IMG/VR virus record: IMGVR_UViG_3300044266_000076
Coordinates: 1 to 30,169 of that record
DNA from: a virus
Taxonomy: Duplodnaviria > Caudoviricetes
Length of the DNA: 30,169 nucleotides
Strand: one strand, 5' to 3'
Shown one piece after another: positions 16,995 through 27,338 of the stretch. Each line of letters begins with the position of its first letter. Within the stretch, counting starts at the first letter, position 1. The position numbers and the translations under genes are program-made. Below the pieces are notes generated by a model. The model worked only from the letters and a program-made list of their open reading frames with translations, ran no database searches and was not told the origin of the DNA.

Positions 16995-19900
16995 CTATTC
17001 CTTACTCGGTTGTTCTGTAACAGTCAGAGGCTTGTTGTATCTCTGACCGTGCTTGATGTAGTCACCCAGAAGCTTCTGCATCTCAGTATCGTAGGGATAG
17101 AGGCGCTCACGAACACGCTTCTTCACGTCCCAGTAATCACCTGTATTCTCCGGCCACAATGTTTGCAGCAGCTTCTCTTGTTCATCTGCATACTGTGTGT
17201 CCCCTCGCATACGCGCTGACACAATTTCTTTTTGTACCTTGAACACTAACGAGGCAATGTCGTCCATTGCTTCATTGTGTTGCTTCTTGCTTTTGATGAG
17301 GCTCGACACATCGACGGCTGCCGTAGGCTGGAAGCCCAACGCTTGCCCCAGAATCTCCATAGGAGTGAGCTGAGCTACAGCTACGCCTTTGGCATCAATC
17401 ATCTTCCCCTGGTATTGCATATACAGGTATGCTTTAGCTGCATTACGTAGGGTTGAGACTTGCTCAGAAGACATGCGCCCCAAGCCGTAGGCAATGTCCT
17501 TGGCGCTTTTGTCGGGGTCACGCATAAACAAACTGACAACATCTCCGATGACGCCAAGCCGCTTGACGCTGCCCACAGTCGGGCCACCAATAGCGTCGTA
17601 GATGTTCTTAGGATCGGTAAATAGCGCTTCGCCCAATTGCTGGTAGTAGTTGAACGAGCCGAGGCGCGTGCCAAGTGCAATGTTCAACGGCTTACCAGTA
17701 GTCCACTCACCGACTTGGTTGAGCAAACCACTCAGCAAACCCTGACCGAGGTAGGCTTTCTGAGCGACACTCATCTTGCTCTTCACGTCTTCTGGCAACA
17801 TCTCATCAACCATGTAGGCCAAGCCTGTACCAGCAGCGCCATAAAGAACAACGTGGCCAGCCAACAGTTGGAGAGCTTCTGTCTTGGTGAAGCTGCGCCC
17901 TCCATGACCAAGCAGGGACGACATGATGTTGGCACCCAGCTTGATGTTGTACTGGGCAAACTGGAGAGGGATAGACGCCGCCCCTTCTTGGAAGCGAGCG
18001 AGGTTGGCTCTTGTCATGTTCTGCGTAAGGTCATCCATACGCACCACGATCTGATTGAGCGCCTCTTTCGTAGTCCAATCCATCCCTTTGTTTGCTGCCT
18101 TCCATTCACGTCGGGCCACGTCAAAACTAACTAGCCGTGAAAACTCTTCACCCCTATCAAAGAAGAACGCTTGATGCCCAAACACTTTGGATGGATAGCC
18201 ACCAAAGATGTTGAGCTTGCCGTCTTCCAAGTTGTACAGAGATGTAGACTTCAAGTTGTCAAGGATGCCCGTCTGACGAACAGCCTTAACCAAGCTGACA
18301 AACTCGTCTTTGCTACCAAGCAGCCCTTTCTCCACTGTTCCTAGGAACGACCAAACCTTCGGGTTGTCCGACATCAACGCCATGCGTAGCAGAGGGAATG
18401 TCTTGGCTGCGGCCATGCCATGCAGCGGCGATAACACCATAGCAGTGGCAGCTCCGTTCGCTTGGACAATGAGCTGGGCAGGATTGAACATGCCAAGAGT
18501 CAGGTTGAAGTTGACGTTACGCATGAAGCCCAGCAGTCCCATCTGGCGGATTGCCGAACCAATTGTCTCGATGCGTTCATTCCCAGTAAACCACTTCTCA
18601 GTCATACGACGGGTCATGTTCTGGTAGTAGCGTTCTTCCCCAGTCTTCAACCCAATCTGACGCATGATGTACTTGTGTGTGCGCTCAGCAAACACTGCTT
18701 CCGGAGACGCCTTGGTGAACGTAGCCCCAGTAGCAGCATAGAAGTCAGCAATGTCATTGCCACTACGGTTGGGGATCATGTCGCCAAAGGTGTTCATCCA
18801 GCGTCTAACCATGCTCTCACGCCACTGGTTGATATTGGCAACACGGCTGACGTTTGTGATTTCAGCTTCAAGCGAATCAAAAACACCAAGGGTGTTAGTG
18901 CGAGCAGCATCGACGCTATAGATGCGGTCTGCACGCTTACTTGTGAACAGCCGACCGTTAGCCAGTGCTTCCCCAACACTGCCGTTCAGATACTCTTCCT
19001 TGTTTCGCGTGAAGTGGTAGTCAAACTTGGTTGCCCCTTCAAAGTCGCCGTTTGCAAAGGCAGCCTTGAAATCTTCTACCTTAAAGTAGTTGCCAACCAG
19101 ACGTTCAACTTCCCGATCTGAACCACCGTTTTTAAGAACAGCGATGGCACGAGACAGGTTGTCAGCAAACTCCGAAGCCTCACGAACACTCTTGGCTGTG
19201 CGAATTGTTGACGTCATCTCCTTCAGCTCACCATCAACCTTAACGGTTTGCTTCATGGTTATGAAGTATTCGTCCGTGTAAATACGGGAGTATTCCCCAG
19301 GGCGGTAGTGCAACGCCGTTGTGATGTCCCTGGTTTTGACAGCATCGTCAACCAACACCAACTGGCGCAGCTCACCATCAATAGTTTGGGGATGTTCCAG
19401 CCTGACCACACGCTTCCCATCGCCATACAGCTTGGCTGCGGTAGGGCTGTCCCAATCTACCATCTCTTTGGCGGTCAGATCGTAAACCTGCTTGTTCTTA
19501 AGAACAGAAGCATCCACCATCGAAAGATCGCGGCCAACAGTGCGAGCACCAGCAATCTCAATTTCTTTGAGACCTTGTGCACGGAGGTGCCTAACCATCT
19601 CACCATTACGGATGTGATACATCATCATCCGAAGTTGACGAGTGGCAAGGTAGGCTTGTGCTTCACGGTCAGACAAGCCGCGCCCTGTGGCTTCTTCGTA
19701 GGTGAACTCCTTACCGTAGGAACCAGCATTGCTAAAGGAGTCACCTTCTTCCAGCAACGACTGCACACGGCGTGTTCCGTCCTTGCCTAGTCCCTTGTAG
19801 TAGGGGGCAATGAAGTTTTCCAACGCCTGCTTTGTCTTGGCTTCAGCATGAACACCGACAACGCGAGCTTCAACAGCTTGTTCACTGGCTCCGTGTTTTG

Positions 19901-22900
19901 GATCGACAGCAACCGTAGCCATGCTGTCAATGTCCTGCTTGCTAAACTTGCCAATTGAAGCGTAGCTAAGCGGGTCGTTGCGTGTCTGTTTGACCAGCCA
20001 TTCCTCAGTTGGAGTAGGCTTCAGCTTGATGTGCGGCTTGCCAGCAACCTTGATAGATTGTTCAGGGTTGACACCTGTTTTGTACCAACCATTGAACTTG
20101 TTATCGACAATGATGCTGTCCCACTTAATGGGATTGGCAATGTAATCGTCCATCAATTTCTTGACGGCCAAATTGGGCTTGCTGACATCAACACCAACAA
20201 CATCTGCAACATGGGCAAAGAACTTCTTGAGCTGTTCTGCAATACCAGCAAACCATTTGTCCAAGGCAGATACGGGTTTGTCAGCCGTCAGCATCCAACG
20301 AGCAAAGTTTTCAGACCAAAACTCGTTGAAGTCTTTGTACCAACTGCTGTCTGCACTCTTTAAAAATGAGTCGGCAGACAGTGGGGCGTGTTTGCCTGCT
20401 TCCCAAAGCCTGACAGTGCGCTCATTAGGAACACGGAACAGCACTTCAAACTGTGCGGATGACAAGTTGGGGCGAGAGTGTGCCGCCAACCACGAGTTGA
20501 AAGCTTTGTGCAAGTCGTCCCGCACTACCTGCGGCATGTGTGCGAGAGCGTGCTTTTCAAACATGTGCCCAATCTCATGGGCTAGCACACCCGTAAGGCC
20601 ACGCTTGGTAGCATTGCCAACACTTGAGTAGACAATCAAATCATATCCACCAACCCCACCATATAGGCGCGGGATTTGGGTGTAGAACCCGTAGGAAGTT
20701 TTCCGTGTCTCCAGCAGAGTGGCAAGCCACTCTTCAGGTATGTCACCTCGGTTGATGAAGTGTGTCAGCTCGCGCTCTGAAATAACCAACAGCTTTTTGT
20801 TTTCAAGACGCAGCATCTTCAACCAGTCTTGAATTAGACCTTGCATCTTCGGACTAAGTTGGTCTCCAAACTCCAGCTTACGGCCATTCTGAAACATAGG
20901 CTCGCCACGACGGAACGCGCCTTTTGCAGAAGCTTGCCCCTCTTGCAGCTTAAGAACATCGTGCACATCGCCAAGACTCAAGTCGTATGGGTCTTGCATC
21001 TTGTTGTAGAAGATTTCGCCATCAATGTTGATGGGTTCTTCTTCAACAGGCTTGCCTTCGACTGCCTTGACTTTGCGCGACCCTGTCAGCTTGGCGTCTT
21101 TGCCAGAGAACAGGACGTGCTCCGGCTCTGTGCCATGCGGCCCCCTTTTGCTAGCATAGTTGCCAACCACCCCTTCCTTACGGAGTGCAGCGCTGGCAGC
21201 TTCTTCGCTGCCGAGCTTGCGTCCAATAGCTTGGTAGATGTCCTGCCCTGTCATGCCGTCAGCAACATCTTTACCCAACAGTTTGGTAGCCGCCTTTTTG
21301 ACTACGTCCGGTTGTTCAGCAAGGCCTTCATACCAGTGGATGAACTTGTTGTTTTCCGGTACTTCCCATTTGGTTAGGGTGTGCCCATATTTAGCGGCAT
21401 ACTTCTCACTGAGATGTTCCGCGCTTGACAGATAGAAGCCTTGCCCAAGGGAATCTCCACCTTGGCCTGTACCAATGAACGCATCGTCAAACTTCTTGGT
21501 GACAGTGCCTCCGTGAAAGAGGTGCTGCTCTTGGATTTCCAGAGCGTTCTTAGGAACAACCTCATACCCTACAATTCCCTGCTCTTTTGCCCAGGCGTGC
21601 GCGGCCTCTTTGGACATAAAGGCACGTCCATCTTTGCTTTGCCAGAACACTGTCAAGTTCTGGCCATCAGCGCTGGCTTCTCCAAAGTTGACACTGGCTA
21701 CGTGCGGATTGGTTTCCGGTGCGTAGCTGGCACGGATTGAAGCGGCAGCTTCCTTGATCTCATCAGGAGTCATGCCAGAGGCGTTAAGGCGCTCTGCCAT
21801 TGACTGGCGCATTTGTTCCCACCCATCCCGCAGTTCTTTCTGGGCGGCAGCGTTCAGGCCACGGAGCGCAGCCGGATCAACCTCAAACGGGTTGACACCA
21901 CCGGCAATGACGCGACTGACCAGCTCAGCGTCGTTCAGTCCGGTAAAGCCTGTCTTACCCAGCAGATCGGTGATGGCCTGCCGCCCTGCTTCTCCTTCTC
22001 CTGCCACATCACGCACAGCTTTGAGTGGCACTCCTTTACGGGCAACACGGGACAGCCCTTTTACCAACATGCCAGCATCGACAGCTTGCATGGCATCCAT
22101 AGCAATCTCGCCACCTACAGTCATACGGGTGGCGTTGTTCAAGTCGCTCAGAAACTGGGCTTGGATTGCAGGGTTGGAACTAACCTCTTTAGCTACCTCA
22201 ACAATAACCCTCGATTGTTCAGTTGGGCTTAGATTATTAAGGAAAGAACGCAGGTCTTGGAGTGCTTCATGTTTATTCAAACCACGATCTGTACCTACAC
22301 GTTTGGCAATGGCACCAGTTACGCCACGATTGAGCCAGAAAGGCAGCAACGACTGCCCAATCTCACCGAGGGTGTCCCACAATGTGGACTTTGCTTCCGC
22401 ATCATTGGCTGCCTGTGCCACAATGTTTCGTGTGGCTACATTGCGCGCAGCATTGTCAAGCACACCGGTAAATTGAATGGTGTCTCGATAGAGCTGCGTA
22501 GCTCGACTGGTAGCTGACACACTCTCAAGAGCACGTTGTGCCAGAGCGTCCTGCGCTTCCACAGGAGCGTTGTCCGGAGTCTTAACCGACTTGTTGACAT
22601 CGGCTTCATTAGCAAGACGTGCAGCTTCAGCCGTACGTACCGGATCACGAGCACGTGCCCATGCACCAGCTTCCTCACGAGCTGCCTTTACAGTGTCTTC
22701 AAAGTGTTGAGACAACACCTGAGACAGCACAGGACGAGTGCCATTACTCTTAATAGAGATGACATTCGCAGCAATGCGGTCGGTGATGGGTTCGGGAGAA
22801 TCGAGTGCCAACGCTGCTTGGGCAGCAACTTCCGTGACGTTCTTAGGAACGCGAGCAGGCGGAGTTGAATCCGGTGCGGGGAGTAGCGATTGCTCAGTTG

Positions 22901-22949
22901 GCGCAGCTTGTACTTCAGGCAGGAGAGACGTAGCCTGATCGGTCATCAA
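16995..22949 (-). CDS. giant internal virion protein with ADP-ribosyltransferase-like and zincin metallopeptidase-like domains
   Basis: 1984 aa, positioned in the ejection-protein block; LFHGG...GQGFYLS...PEHVLF and VLAHEIGH...NEFWSENF. Confidence 0.75.
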   Translation of the reverse strand: MMTDQATSLLPEVQAAPTEQSLLPAPDSTPPARVPKNVTEVAAQAALALDSPEPITDRIAANVISIKSNGTRPVLSQVLSQHFEDTVKAAREEAGAWARARDPVRTAEAARLANEADVNKSVKTPDNAPVEAQDALAQRALESVSATSRATQLYRDTIQFTGVLDNAARNVATRNIVAQAANDAEAKSTLWDTLGEIGQSLLPFWLNRGVTGAIAKRVGTDRGLNKHEALQDLRSFLNNLSPTEQSRVIVEVAKEVSSNPAIQAQFLSDLNNATRMTVGGEIAMDAMQAVDAGMLVKGLSRVARKGVPLKAVRDVAGEGEAGRQAITDLLGKTGFTGLNDAELVSRVIAGGVNPFEVDPAALRGLNAAAQKELRDGWEQMRQSMAERLNASGMTPDEIKEAAASIRASYAPETNPHVASVNFGEASADGQNLTVFWQSKDGRAFMSKEAAHAWAKEQGIVGYEVVPKNALEIQEQHLFHGGTVTKKFDDAFIGTGQGGDSLGQGFYLSSAEHLSEKYAAKYGHTLTKWEVPENNKFIHWYEGLAEQPDVVKKAATKLLGKDVADGMTGQDIYQAIGRKLGSEEAASAALRKEGVVGNYASKRGPHGTEPEHVLFSGKDAKLTGSRKVKAVEGKPVEEEPINIDGEIFYNKMQDPYDLSLGDVHDVLKLQEGQASAKGAFRRGEPMFQNGRKLEFGDQLSPKMQGLIQDWLKMLRLENKKLLVISERELTHFINRGDIPEEWLATLLETRKTSYGFYTQIPRLYGGVGGYDLIVYSSVGNATKRGLTGVLAHEIGHMFEKHALAHMPQVVRDDLHKAFNSWLAAHSRPNLSSAQFEVLFRVPNERTVRLWEAGKHAPLSADSFLKSADSSWYKDFNEFWSENFARWMLTADKPVSALDKWFAGIAEQLKKFFAHVADVVGVDVSKPNLAVKKLMDDYIANPIKWDSIIVDNKFNGWYKTGVNPEQSIKVAGKPHIKLKPTPTEEWLVKQTRNDPLSYASIGKFSKQDIDSMATVAVDPKHGASEQAVEARVVGVHAEAKTKQALENFIAPYYKGLGKDGTRRVQSLLEEGDSFSNAGSYGKEFTYEEATGRGLSDREAQAYLATRQLRMMMYHIRNGEMVRHLRAQGLKEIEIAGARTVGRDLSMVDASVLKNKQVYDLTAKEMVDWDSPTAAKLYGDGKRVVRLEHPQTIDGELRQLVLVDDAVKTRDITTALHYRPGEYSRIYTDEYFITMKQTVKVDGELKEMTSTIRTAKSVREASEFADNLSRAIAVLKNGGSDREVERLVGNYFKVEDFKAAFANGDFEGATKFDYHFTRNKEEYLNGSVGEALANGRLFTSKRADRIYSVDAARTNTLGVFDSLEAEITNVSRVANINQWRESMVRRWMNTFGDMIPNRSGNDIADFYAATGATFTKASPEAVFAERTHKYIMRQIGLKTGEERYYQNMTRRMTEKWFTGNERIETIGSAIRQMGLLGFMRNVNFNLTLGMFNPAQLIVQANGAATAMVLSPLHGMAAAKTFPLLRMALMSDNPKVWSFLGTVEKGLLGSKDEFVSLVKAVRQTGILDNLKSTSLYNLEDGKLNIFGGYPSKVFGHQAFFFDRGEEFSRLVSFDVARREWKAANKGMDWTTKEALNQIVVRMDDLTQNMTRANLARFQEGAASIPLQFAQYNIKLGANIMSSLLGHGGRSFTKTEALQLLAGHVVLYGAAGTGLAYMVDEMLPEDVKSKMSVAQKAYLGQGLLSGLLNQVGEWTTGKPLNIALGTRLGSFNYYQQLGEALFTDPKNIYDAIGGPTVGSVKRLGVIGDVVSLFMRDPDKSAKDIAYGLGRMSSEQVSTLRNAAKAYLYMQYQGKMIDAKGVAVAQLTPMEILGQALGFQPTAAVDVSSLIKSKKQHNEAMDDIASLVFKVQKEIVSARMRGDTQYADEQEKLLQTLWPENTGDYWDVKKRVRERLYPYDTEMQKLLGDYIKHGQRYNKPLTVTEQPSKE

Positions 22950-23450
22950 TTAGGTCTTGTTAGTTTGATCGCCAAAGATTGATTTAAATCCATTGCCCTC
23001 TTTGAAAAGGGTTCCACCAAGGTTGCCAAGGGCGGCTGCTTGGTAGGCATCAGACTGGCCTTGAGCCATCTGAACATTGGCATCAGCCTGTGCAATTTGA
23101 GTTCCAGTGATACCGGCATTGATTGTTTTCATCTGGTCGAAGAACGCAATGTTGGCTCGGTTCTGACCCTCAACACTTTGCATACCACCAACAACACCCG
23201 TCGAATTGGACGTACCCGCATTGGCACCAGTGTTGGCAATCACGGCTTGAGCAATGCGAGACTGACGAGCCGCAGCTCTAATCTGCCGTGCGTTGTTGAT
23301 GTCGGCCTGCCGTTGCTGCAAGGCAGCTTGTTGACGTTGGGCTTCAGCCGAGGCGTTGGCTGCATCCTGTTGTTTCTTGGCTGCGTCTTGTCCCTGGATG
23401 TAGGACGCAACACCCAAACCAATTCCTACAATTGCTAATGCTGGCCCCAT
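22950..23450 (-). CDS. internal virion protein (T7 gp14-like position)
   Basis: Hydrophobic Gly/Ala N-terminus and Q/A-rich coiled region; synteny. Confidence 0.65.
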   Translation of the reverse strand: MGPALAIVGIGLGVASYIQGQDAAKKQQDAANASAEAQRQQAALQQRQADINNARQIRAAARQSRIAQAVIANTGANAGTSNSTGVVGGMQSVEGQNRANIAFFDQMKTINAGITGTQIAQADANVQMAQGQSDAYQAAALGNLGGTLFKEGNGFKSIFGDQTNKT

Positions 23451-23452
23451 GC

Positions 23453-23746
23453 CTACACCTCAGTACAGTAGATGTCTAAATCTTTATAGACGAATAGTTT
23501 TTTAAATCCCATGTGTTCAACAAACTTACGCCACTGGTCATTCTGGTGTGCGTTGTACGTGAACAAGTGTGTGTGCCCCCGTTCTTTCAAACACAACTTG
23601 CCAACAGCAAGCTGCTTGTACATGTTCTTAAGAACAGACGGAGCAAAGTGGTTGACATGCAGGTGAAGAAAGGGAGCGCCATGATCCCATTCAATCTGGG
23701 CCTTGAACGACGGGTCTTCCCATGCAACTTCAAACTCTCTAGACAT
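23453..23746 (-). CDS. GNAT-like / T7 gp13-like virion assembly protein
   Basis: ATG 23746 overlaps the stop of the tail gene; C-terminal KFVEHMGFK pattern; synteny. Confidence 0.55.
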   Translation of the reverse strand: MSREFEVAWEDPSFKAQIEWDHGAPFLHLHVNHFAPSVLKNMYKQLAVGKLCLKERGHTHLFTYNAHQNDQWRKFVEHMGFKKLFVYKDLDIYCTEV

Positions 23747-25979
23747 TCCCATTACCCAAGAAAATAACTGCCCATCCTTGAATCTGCATGTCCTTAGCAG
23801 GATCGGCAGTGAACTTAAACTGGACTGACTTGCCCCGACCTCTAATCTTTGATTTGCTAGTAACAACAGGATAGCCATCGTCATAAGAGGCTAACGGGAC
23901 AGACGGAAAGAACAAACGTTTGTGACGATAGATTTCTTGACTAACACTCCATTTGTTTGCAGTGGAAGTGTCAGTAAAATCCCAGCGAGCTTGTAGTTGG
24001 CAACTAGACGGATTGATTGGATTGCCCAACGAGTCAATGCCTGTCTCAGTACGGCGCATCAAAGCCACCAGATACAAGCCTTGCAGCTCTTTGTCGCCAC
24101 CCTGCTGGTTGCCTAGATCAAAACCAGTGACAATGTAGGCGCTATACCCTGTGCCTACGCTATCTACGGCATACCAATCAGCAAACTTAGCACTGATGTT
24201 GTTGCCGTCTTCAAAGCGAGCGAAGGTCACTTTGAACGATGTGCCTGCGTCTGGTGTTGATTGGACAAGGAATCGAGGCTCACTGTTGTGCAGTGTTAGC
24301 GGAGCAAGGCTTGCCACTACCTGGTTGAGCGTGCCGCTGGCATCCACAACGTTGTTGCTACTTGAATCAATGACGTTGTAGGTTTGGTTGGCAGTACTCT
24401 TTGTTTTAGTTAGAGTCAAGTCCATTACATACGGACTGTTACTAGCCAAGCTACCAATGCTGATGGTGTAGAACGCTTGCAATCGCAAATCAAAACAAAG
24501 CAACTTGTTCTTTTTGAAGCGTCGAGTCACTCCATCCTGTGAGGTGTCGCTGTTGTACAACCAGTAAATGGTTTTGCCTTCGAGGTAATATCGACCACTC
24601 GAATAGGTGCGCCCATAGATTGGAATGGTTGTGTAGAGCGTTTGGATTGTAGTGTTGGTTAGATTGAGAACGTCAAACTGCGTACCAATTGAATTGGTTT
24701 TAACAGTCCAGATGCCATCAGTAGACCAGTAGTAAAGAATACCCTCGGCTTCAATGACTGAACGACCACCGACACACCCGACAGATGTCAGCTTCTTCAC
24801 GTCGTAGGACGTAGCTGAGAACACCGACGTAGACCCGCCACTAATCTGCCAGACTCCATTGTCGGCAAACACGATTAGGGAGTTGTAGCTCACAACCAGA
24901 CGTACGATGTTGCCTGCGTCTTGGATTGGGATGATGCCGCCATCGCTGTCAACCAAGTCGTGGATAAACTCGGAGGACGGATCGCCGTCTTGGTAGCACT
25001 TGCCATACTTGTCTGTTGTGTTGGCCACTTGGCTAAACAAAACCCAGCTACCAATGGAAGTGCTGCGGATACCTGCATACCACGCACGTCCTGCATAAAA
25101 CGCACAGACAGCCGGACGGTAGGTTTCTGTTTCGGCAGTGATGCCTGACACACCACTGGCGGTGGAGCGATCTCGATTGAAGACATTGAGCAGGAAGCGC
25201 CCTTTGGGTGCGGGGCTTGTTCCAAAATCTTGCTTGTCTAGCAGGGCAGCAGAGAAGTTGTCGCTGCTGTCTTTTCCTGATGTCCAGGTCTGGGCATTGG
25301 AAGGATAGACAGAGCCTGTGCTACCGGCTTTGTATGTAGTGATAAGGCTGTCTGTCCATCCCTGATTGAGCAGGTTGTATTTATGGGCGTTAGACAGAGT
25401 TGATGGTTTGTTATCAACGACCAGCCCGTCGTTAGTCCCCCACAGGTCACGGGTTTGCACAGAGATGGCAGCCACTGTGATGGTGCCACTGCCTTCGTTA
25501 TATGTGACAAGCAACGGCTCAGTGTCAGCACTGGTAACAATGAGGTAGCCGTTACCACTGGTGCAAGAGATTGGTGCTATGCCTGCTGCGTTGGGATTGC
25601 CGGATGCTTTGTAAGTGGACAAGTCGATGGTAAACGACTTCTCCGTAGCACTGATGGCGTCACCAGTGTTGTCGTAGAAATAAATCTTGCTGCTACGCTG
25701 CACCACCACAAAGTTGCGTGCGCCATTACCGGCCACGCTATTCCATTCCCCTACAACGAACGCTCCGTTTTGTTCTTCATTGGCAGTGTTGGTTGTGGAC
25801 GAAGTGGCATATCCATTTTCGTAGTTGATAGCAGTGCGTTTACGCAGGCTGCCGTCAATTGTGGGCACGACATTATCCCCATCCGACCATGTGTTTGCCG
25901 GATAGGTAAGGTAGCCTGCTTCAGTGTTTAGTCCACCAACGAACGTAAAACTTTTCTTATCAACTACGGTTTTGGGCAC
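23739..25979 (-). CDS. tail tubular protein B / nozzle (T7 gp12, P22 gp10-like)
   Basis: 746 aa, beta-rich; N-terminal FVGGLNTE and C-terminal KIRGRGKSVQFKF; synteny. Confidence 0.8.
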   Translation of the reverse strand: MPKTVVDKKSFTFVGGLNTEAGYLTYPANTWSDGDNVVPTIDGSLRKRTAINYENGYATSSTTNTANEEQNGAFVVGEWNSVAGNGARNFVVVQRSSKIYFYDNTGDAISATEKSFTIDLSTYKASGNPNAAGIAPISCTSGNGYLIVTSADTEPLLVTYNEGSGTITVAAISVQTRDLWGTNDGLVVDNKPSTLSNAHKYNLLNQGWTDSLITTYKAGSTGSVYPSNAQTWTSGKDSSDNFSAALLDKQDFGTSPAPKGRFLLNVFNRDRSTASGVSGITAETETYRPAVCAFYAGRAWYAGIRSTSIGSWVLFSQVANTTDKYGKCYQDGDPSSEFIHDLVDSDGGIIPIQDAGNIVRLVVSYNSLIVFADNGVWQISGGSTSVFSATSYDVKKLTSVGCVGGRSVIEAEGILYYWSTDGIWTVKTNSIGTQFDVLNLTNTTIQTLYTTIPIYGRTYSSGRYYLEGKTIYWLYNSDTSQDGVTRRFKKNKLLCFDLRLQAFYTISIGSLASNSPYVMDLTLTKTKSTANQTYNVIDSSSNNVVDASGTLNQVVASLAPLTLHNSEPRFLVQSTPDAGTSFKVTFARFEDGNNISAKFADWYAVDSVGTGYSAYIVTGFDLGNQQGGDKELQGLYLVALMRRTETGIDSLGNPINPSSCQLQARWDFTDTSTANKWSVSQEIYRHKRLFFPSVPLASYDDGYPVVTSKSKIRGRGKSVQFKFTADPAKDMQIQGWAVIFLGNGNV

Positions 25980-25981
25980 TA

Positions 25982-26221
25982 TTACTTAGCCAGTTGGGTA
26001 GCTTTGTAGTTGTCAATCGCAGCTTGGGCAAAGCGCATTTGAGTGAAACGCCCTTTCAATTCATCGGGGACTTCACCACCTGCCGGTTGGTAGATGATTC
26101 GGTAGAGGCCGATGTCTTCCATGTCAATCACAAGTTCTTTGTCAGCCTTACGTTTGTCTTCGACAGGCTTTTCTTGGTCTGCTTCAATCTGTTCAATGGT
26201 CTTGACAGGTTTGCGAATCAT
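25982..26221 (-). CDS. hypothetical protein
   Basis: 79 aa, coupled between two tail genes; GGEVPDELKGRFT. Confidence 0.7.
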   Translation of the reverse strand: MIRKPVKTIEQIEADQEKPVEDKRKADKELVIDMEDIGLYRIIYQPAGGEVPDELKGRFTQMRFAQAAIDNYKATQLAK

Positions 26222-26931
26222 TAGCGTCTTCCGTAATCAATTGAGCTGTTTGTTTTCGGTGTTGCTGGTGCCACTTTTACTGCTGTGTTTTGAAACCGAT
26301 GCTTGCCAATCTTTGCAAACTCTTCCTCTTTGGCATTGCCTTGCTGCTTCAATGTGAGGAAGGCTGTTCCTTTGGCATCAGCCAACAGAACAGGAAACAT
26401 CTTTTCTGGGAGAGATGGAATAAAGCTGTCTGTGTGTGTCCAGGTTGGAGCTGTTGCTGCGTAGACAGCACACTTGCTTTGCTGCAACGTGGTGTCAGTT
26501 GAAGAGTCGTAACCGTCAAAAATTACATACTGGTCATCGTAGGATGTGTAGTAAACCGGATCGGCATTAAGGACAAAGCCGTTGGCATCAACCACGCCAG
26601 CCTGAGCTGTGCGATTGTCAAGGATGTAAGTGAACTCTTCCGGAGACAGGTAGCCGACTTCCTTCTTGTTATACTTAACCCACAACACCTTGTTGACAGT
26701 GTCGGGAATCTGCATCTTGGTTGGATGCGTCGTATCACCAAGGCCCGTAAAGGCTGTCAACGTTCTTAGGAACGGCCAGTCGTCACGGGTGGATACGAGC
26801 TTGAAGTAGGTTGTCTTGACAATTTGAGCAACCTGCAAACTCTCAGTGGTGTCGTTGATGGAGTTGACGCTGTCCGAATCCATGTCATTCAGGATGTCCT
26901 GCGTCATCTCCAACAAGGTCATCTTAGCCAT
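26221..26931 (-). CDS. tail tubular protein A / adaptor (T7 gp11-like)
   Basis: MTLLEMTQDILNDMDSDSVNSINDTTESLQVAQIV N-terminus and YGRR C-terminus; synteny. Confidence 0.8.
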   Translation of the reverse strand: MAKMTLLEMTQDILNDMDSDSVNSINDTTESLQVAQIVKTTYFKLVSTRDDWPFLRTLTAFTGLGDTTHPTKMQIPDTVNKVLWVKYNKKEVGYLSPEEFTYILDNRTAQAGVVDANGFVLNADPVYYTSYDDQYVIFDGYDSSTDTTLQQSKCAVYAATAPTWTHTDSFIPSLPEKMFPVLLADAKGTAFLTLKQQGNAKEEEFAKIGKHRFQNTAVKVAPATPKTNSSIDYGRR

Positions 26932-26934
26932 TGC

Positions 26935-27324
26935 TTACGCTCGATTGACAAGGATGGAATAGGTTTCACCAGCAGTTGGCGTGATGGAGCCAGCCGTGTT
27001 ATTACTGAACGTGATGCCAACAGTGTTGTCGGCGGTTACGCGCCAGCCAACAATGCCAAGGCCAGCCTGAGCAGTGGGTTTGCTGACACCAACAACTACG
27101 TCAGTGGCTACAACTACACCAGTGACAGTGAAGGTTTGTTCTGCCGTGGTGTTGGCAGAGACAGCGGCAGGGGTCAGAGTTGCTGTATATTTCTTCAGCA
27201 ACAGTTTCATTACTCCCGATCCAGCCCCATCAGCAACATACACTTGGCCTGCTGTAGCAGTAGCAACGCCCTTGCTCTCATGCAGGTTGGGATCGGTGAG
27301 GTCTTTGTGTGCAACGTTCGACAT
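26935..27324 (-). CDS. virion structural protein (fibre/decoration-like)
   Basis: HKDLTDPNLHESKG...GQVYVADGAGSG N-terminus with a Thr/Val-rich beta domain. Confidence 0.6.
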   Translation of the reverse strand: MSNVAHKDLTDPNLHESKGVATATAGQVYVADGAGSGVMKLLLKKYTATLTPAAVSANTTAEQTFTVTGVVVATDVVVGVSKPTAQAGLGIVGWRVTADNTVGITFSNNTAGSITPTAGETYSILVNRA

Positions 27325-27338
27325 TCGTAGTCCTAAAG

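Noticed and set aside
20421-20957. Partial motif matches CTCATTAGGAAC (20421) and CAGCTTAAGAAC (20946)
   Set aside because: Each has three mismatches in one half-site, which is too degenerate to count without a binding model.
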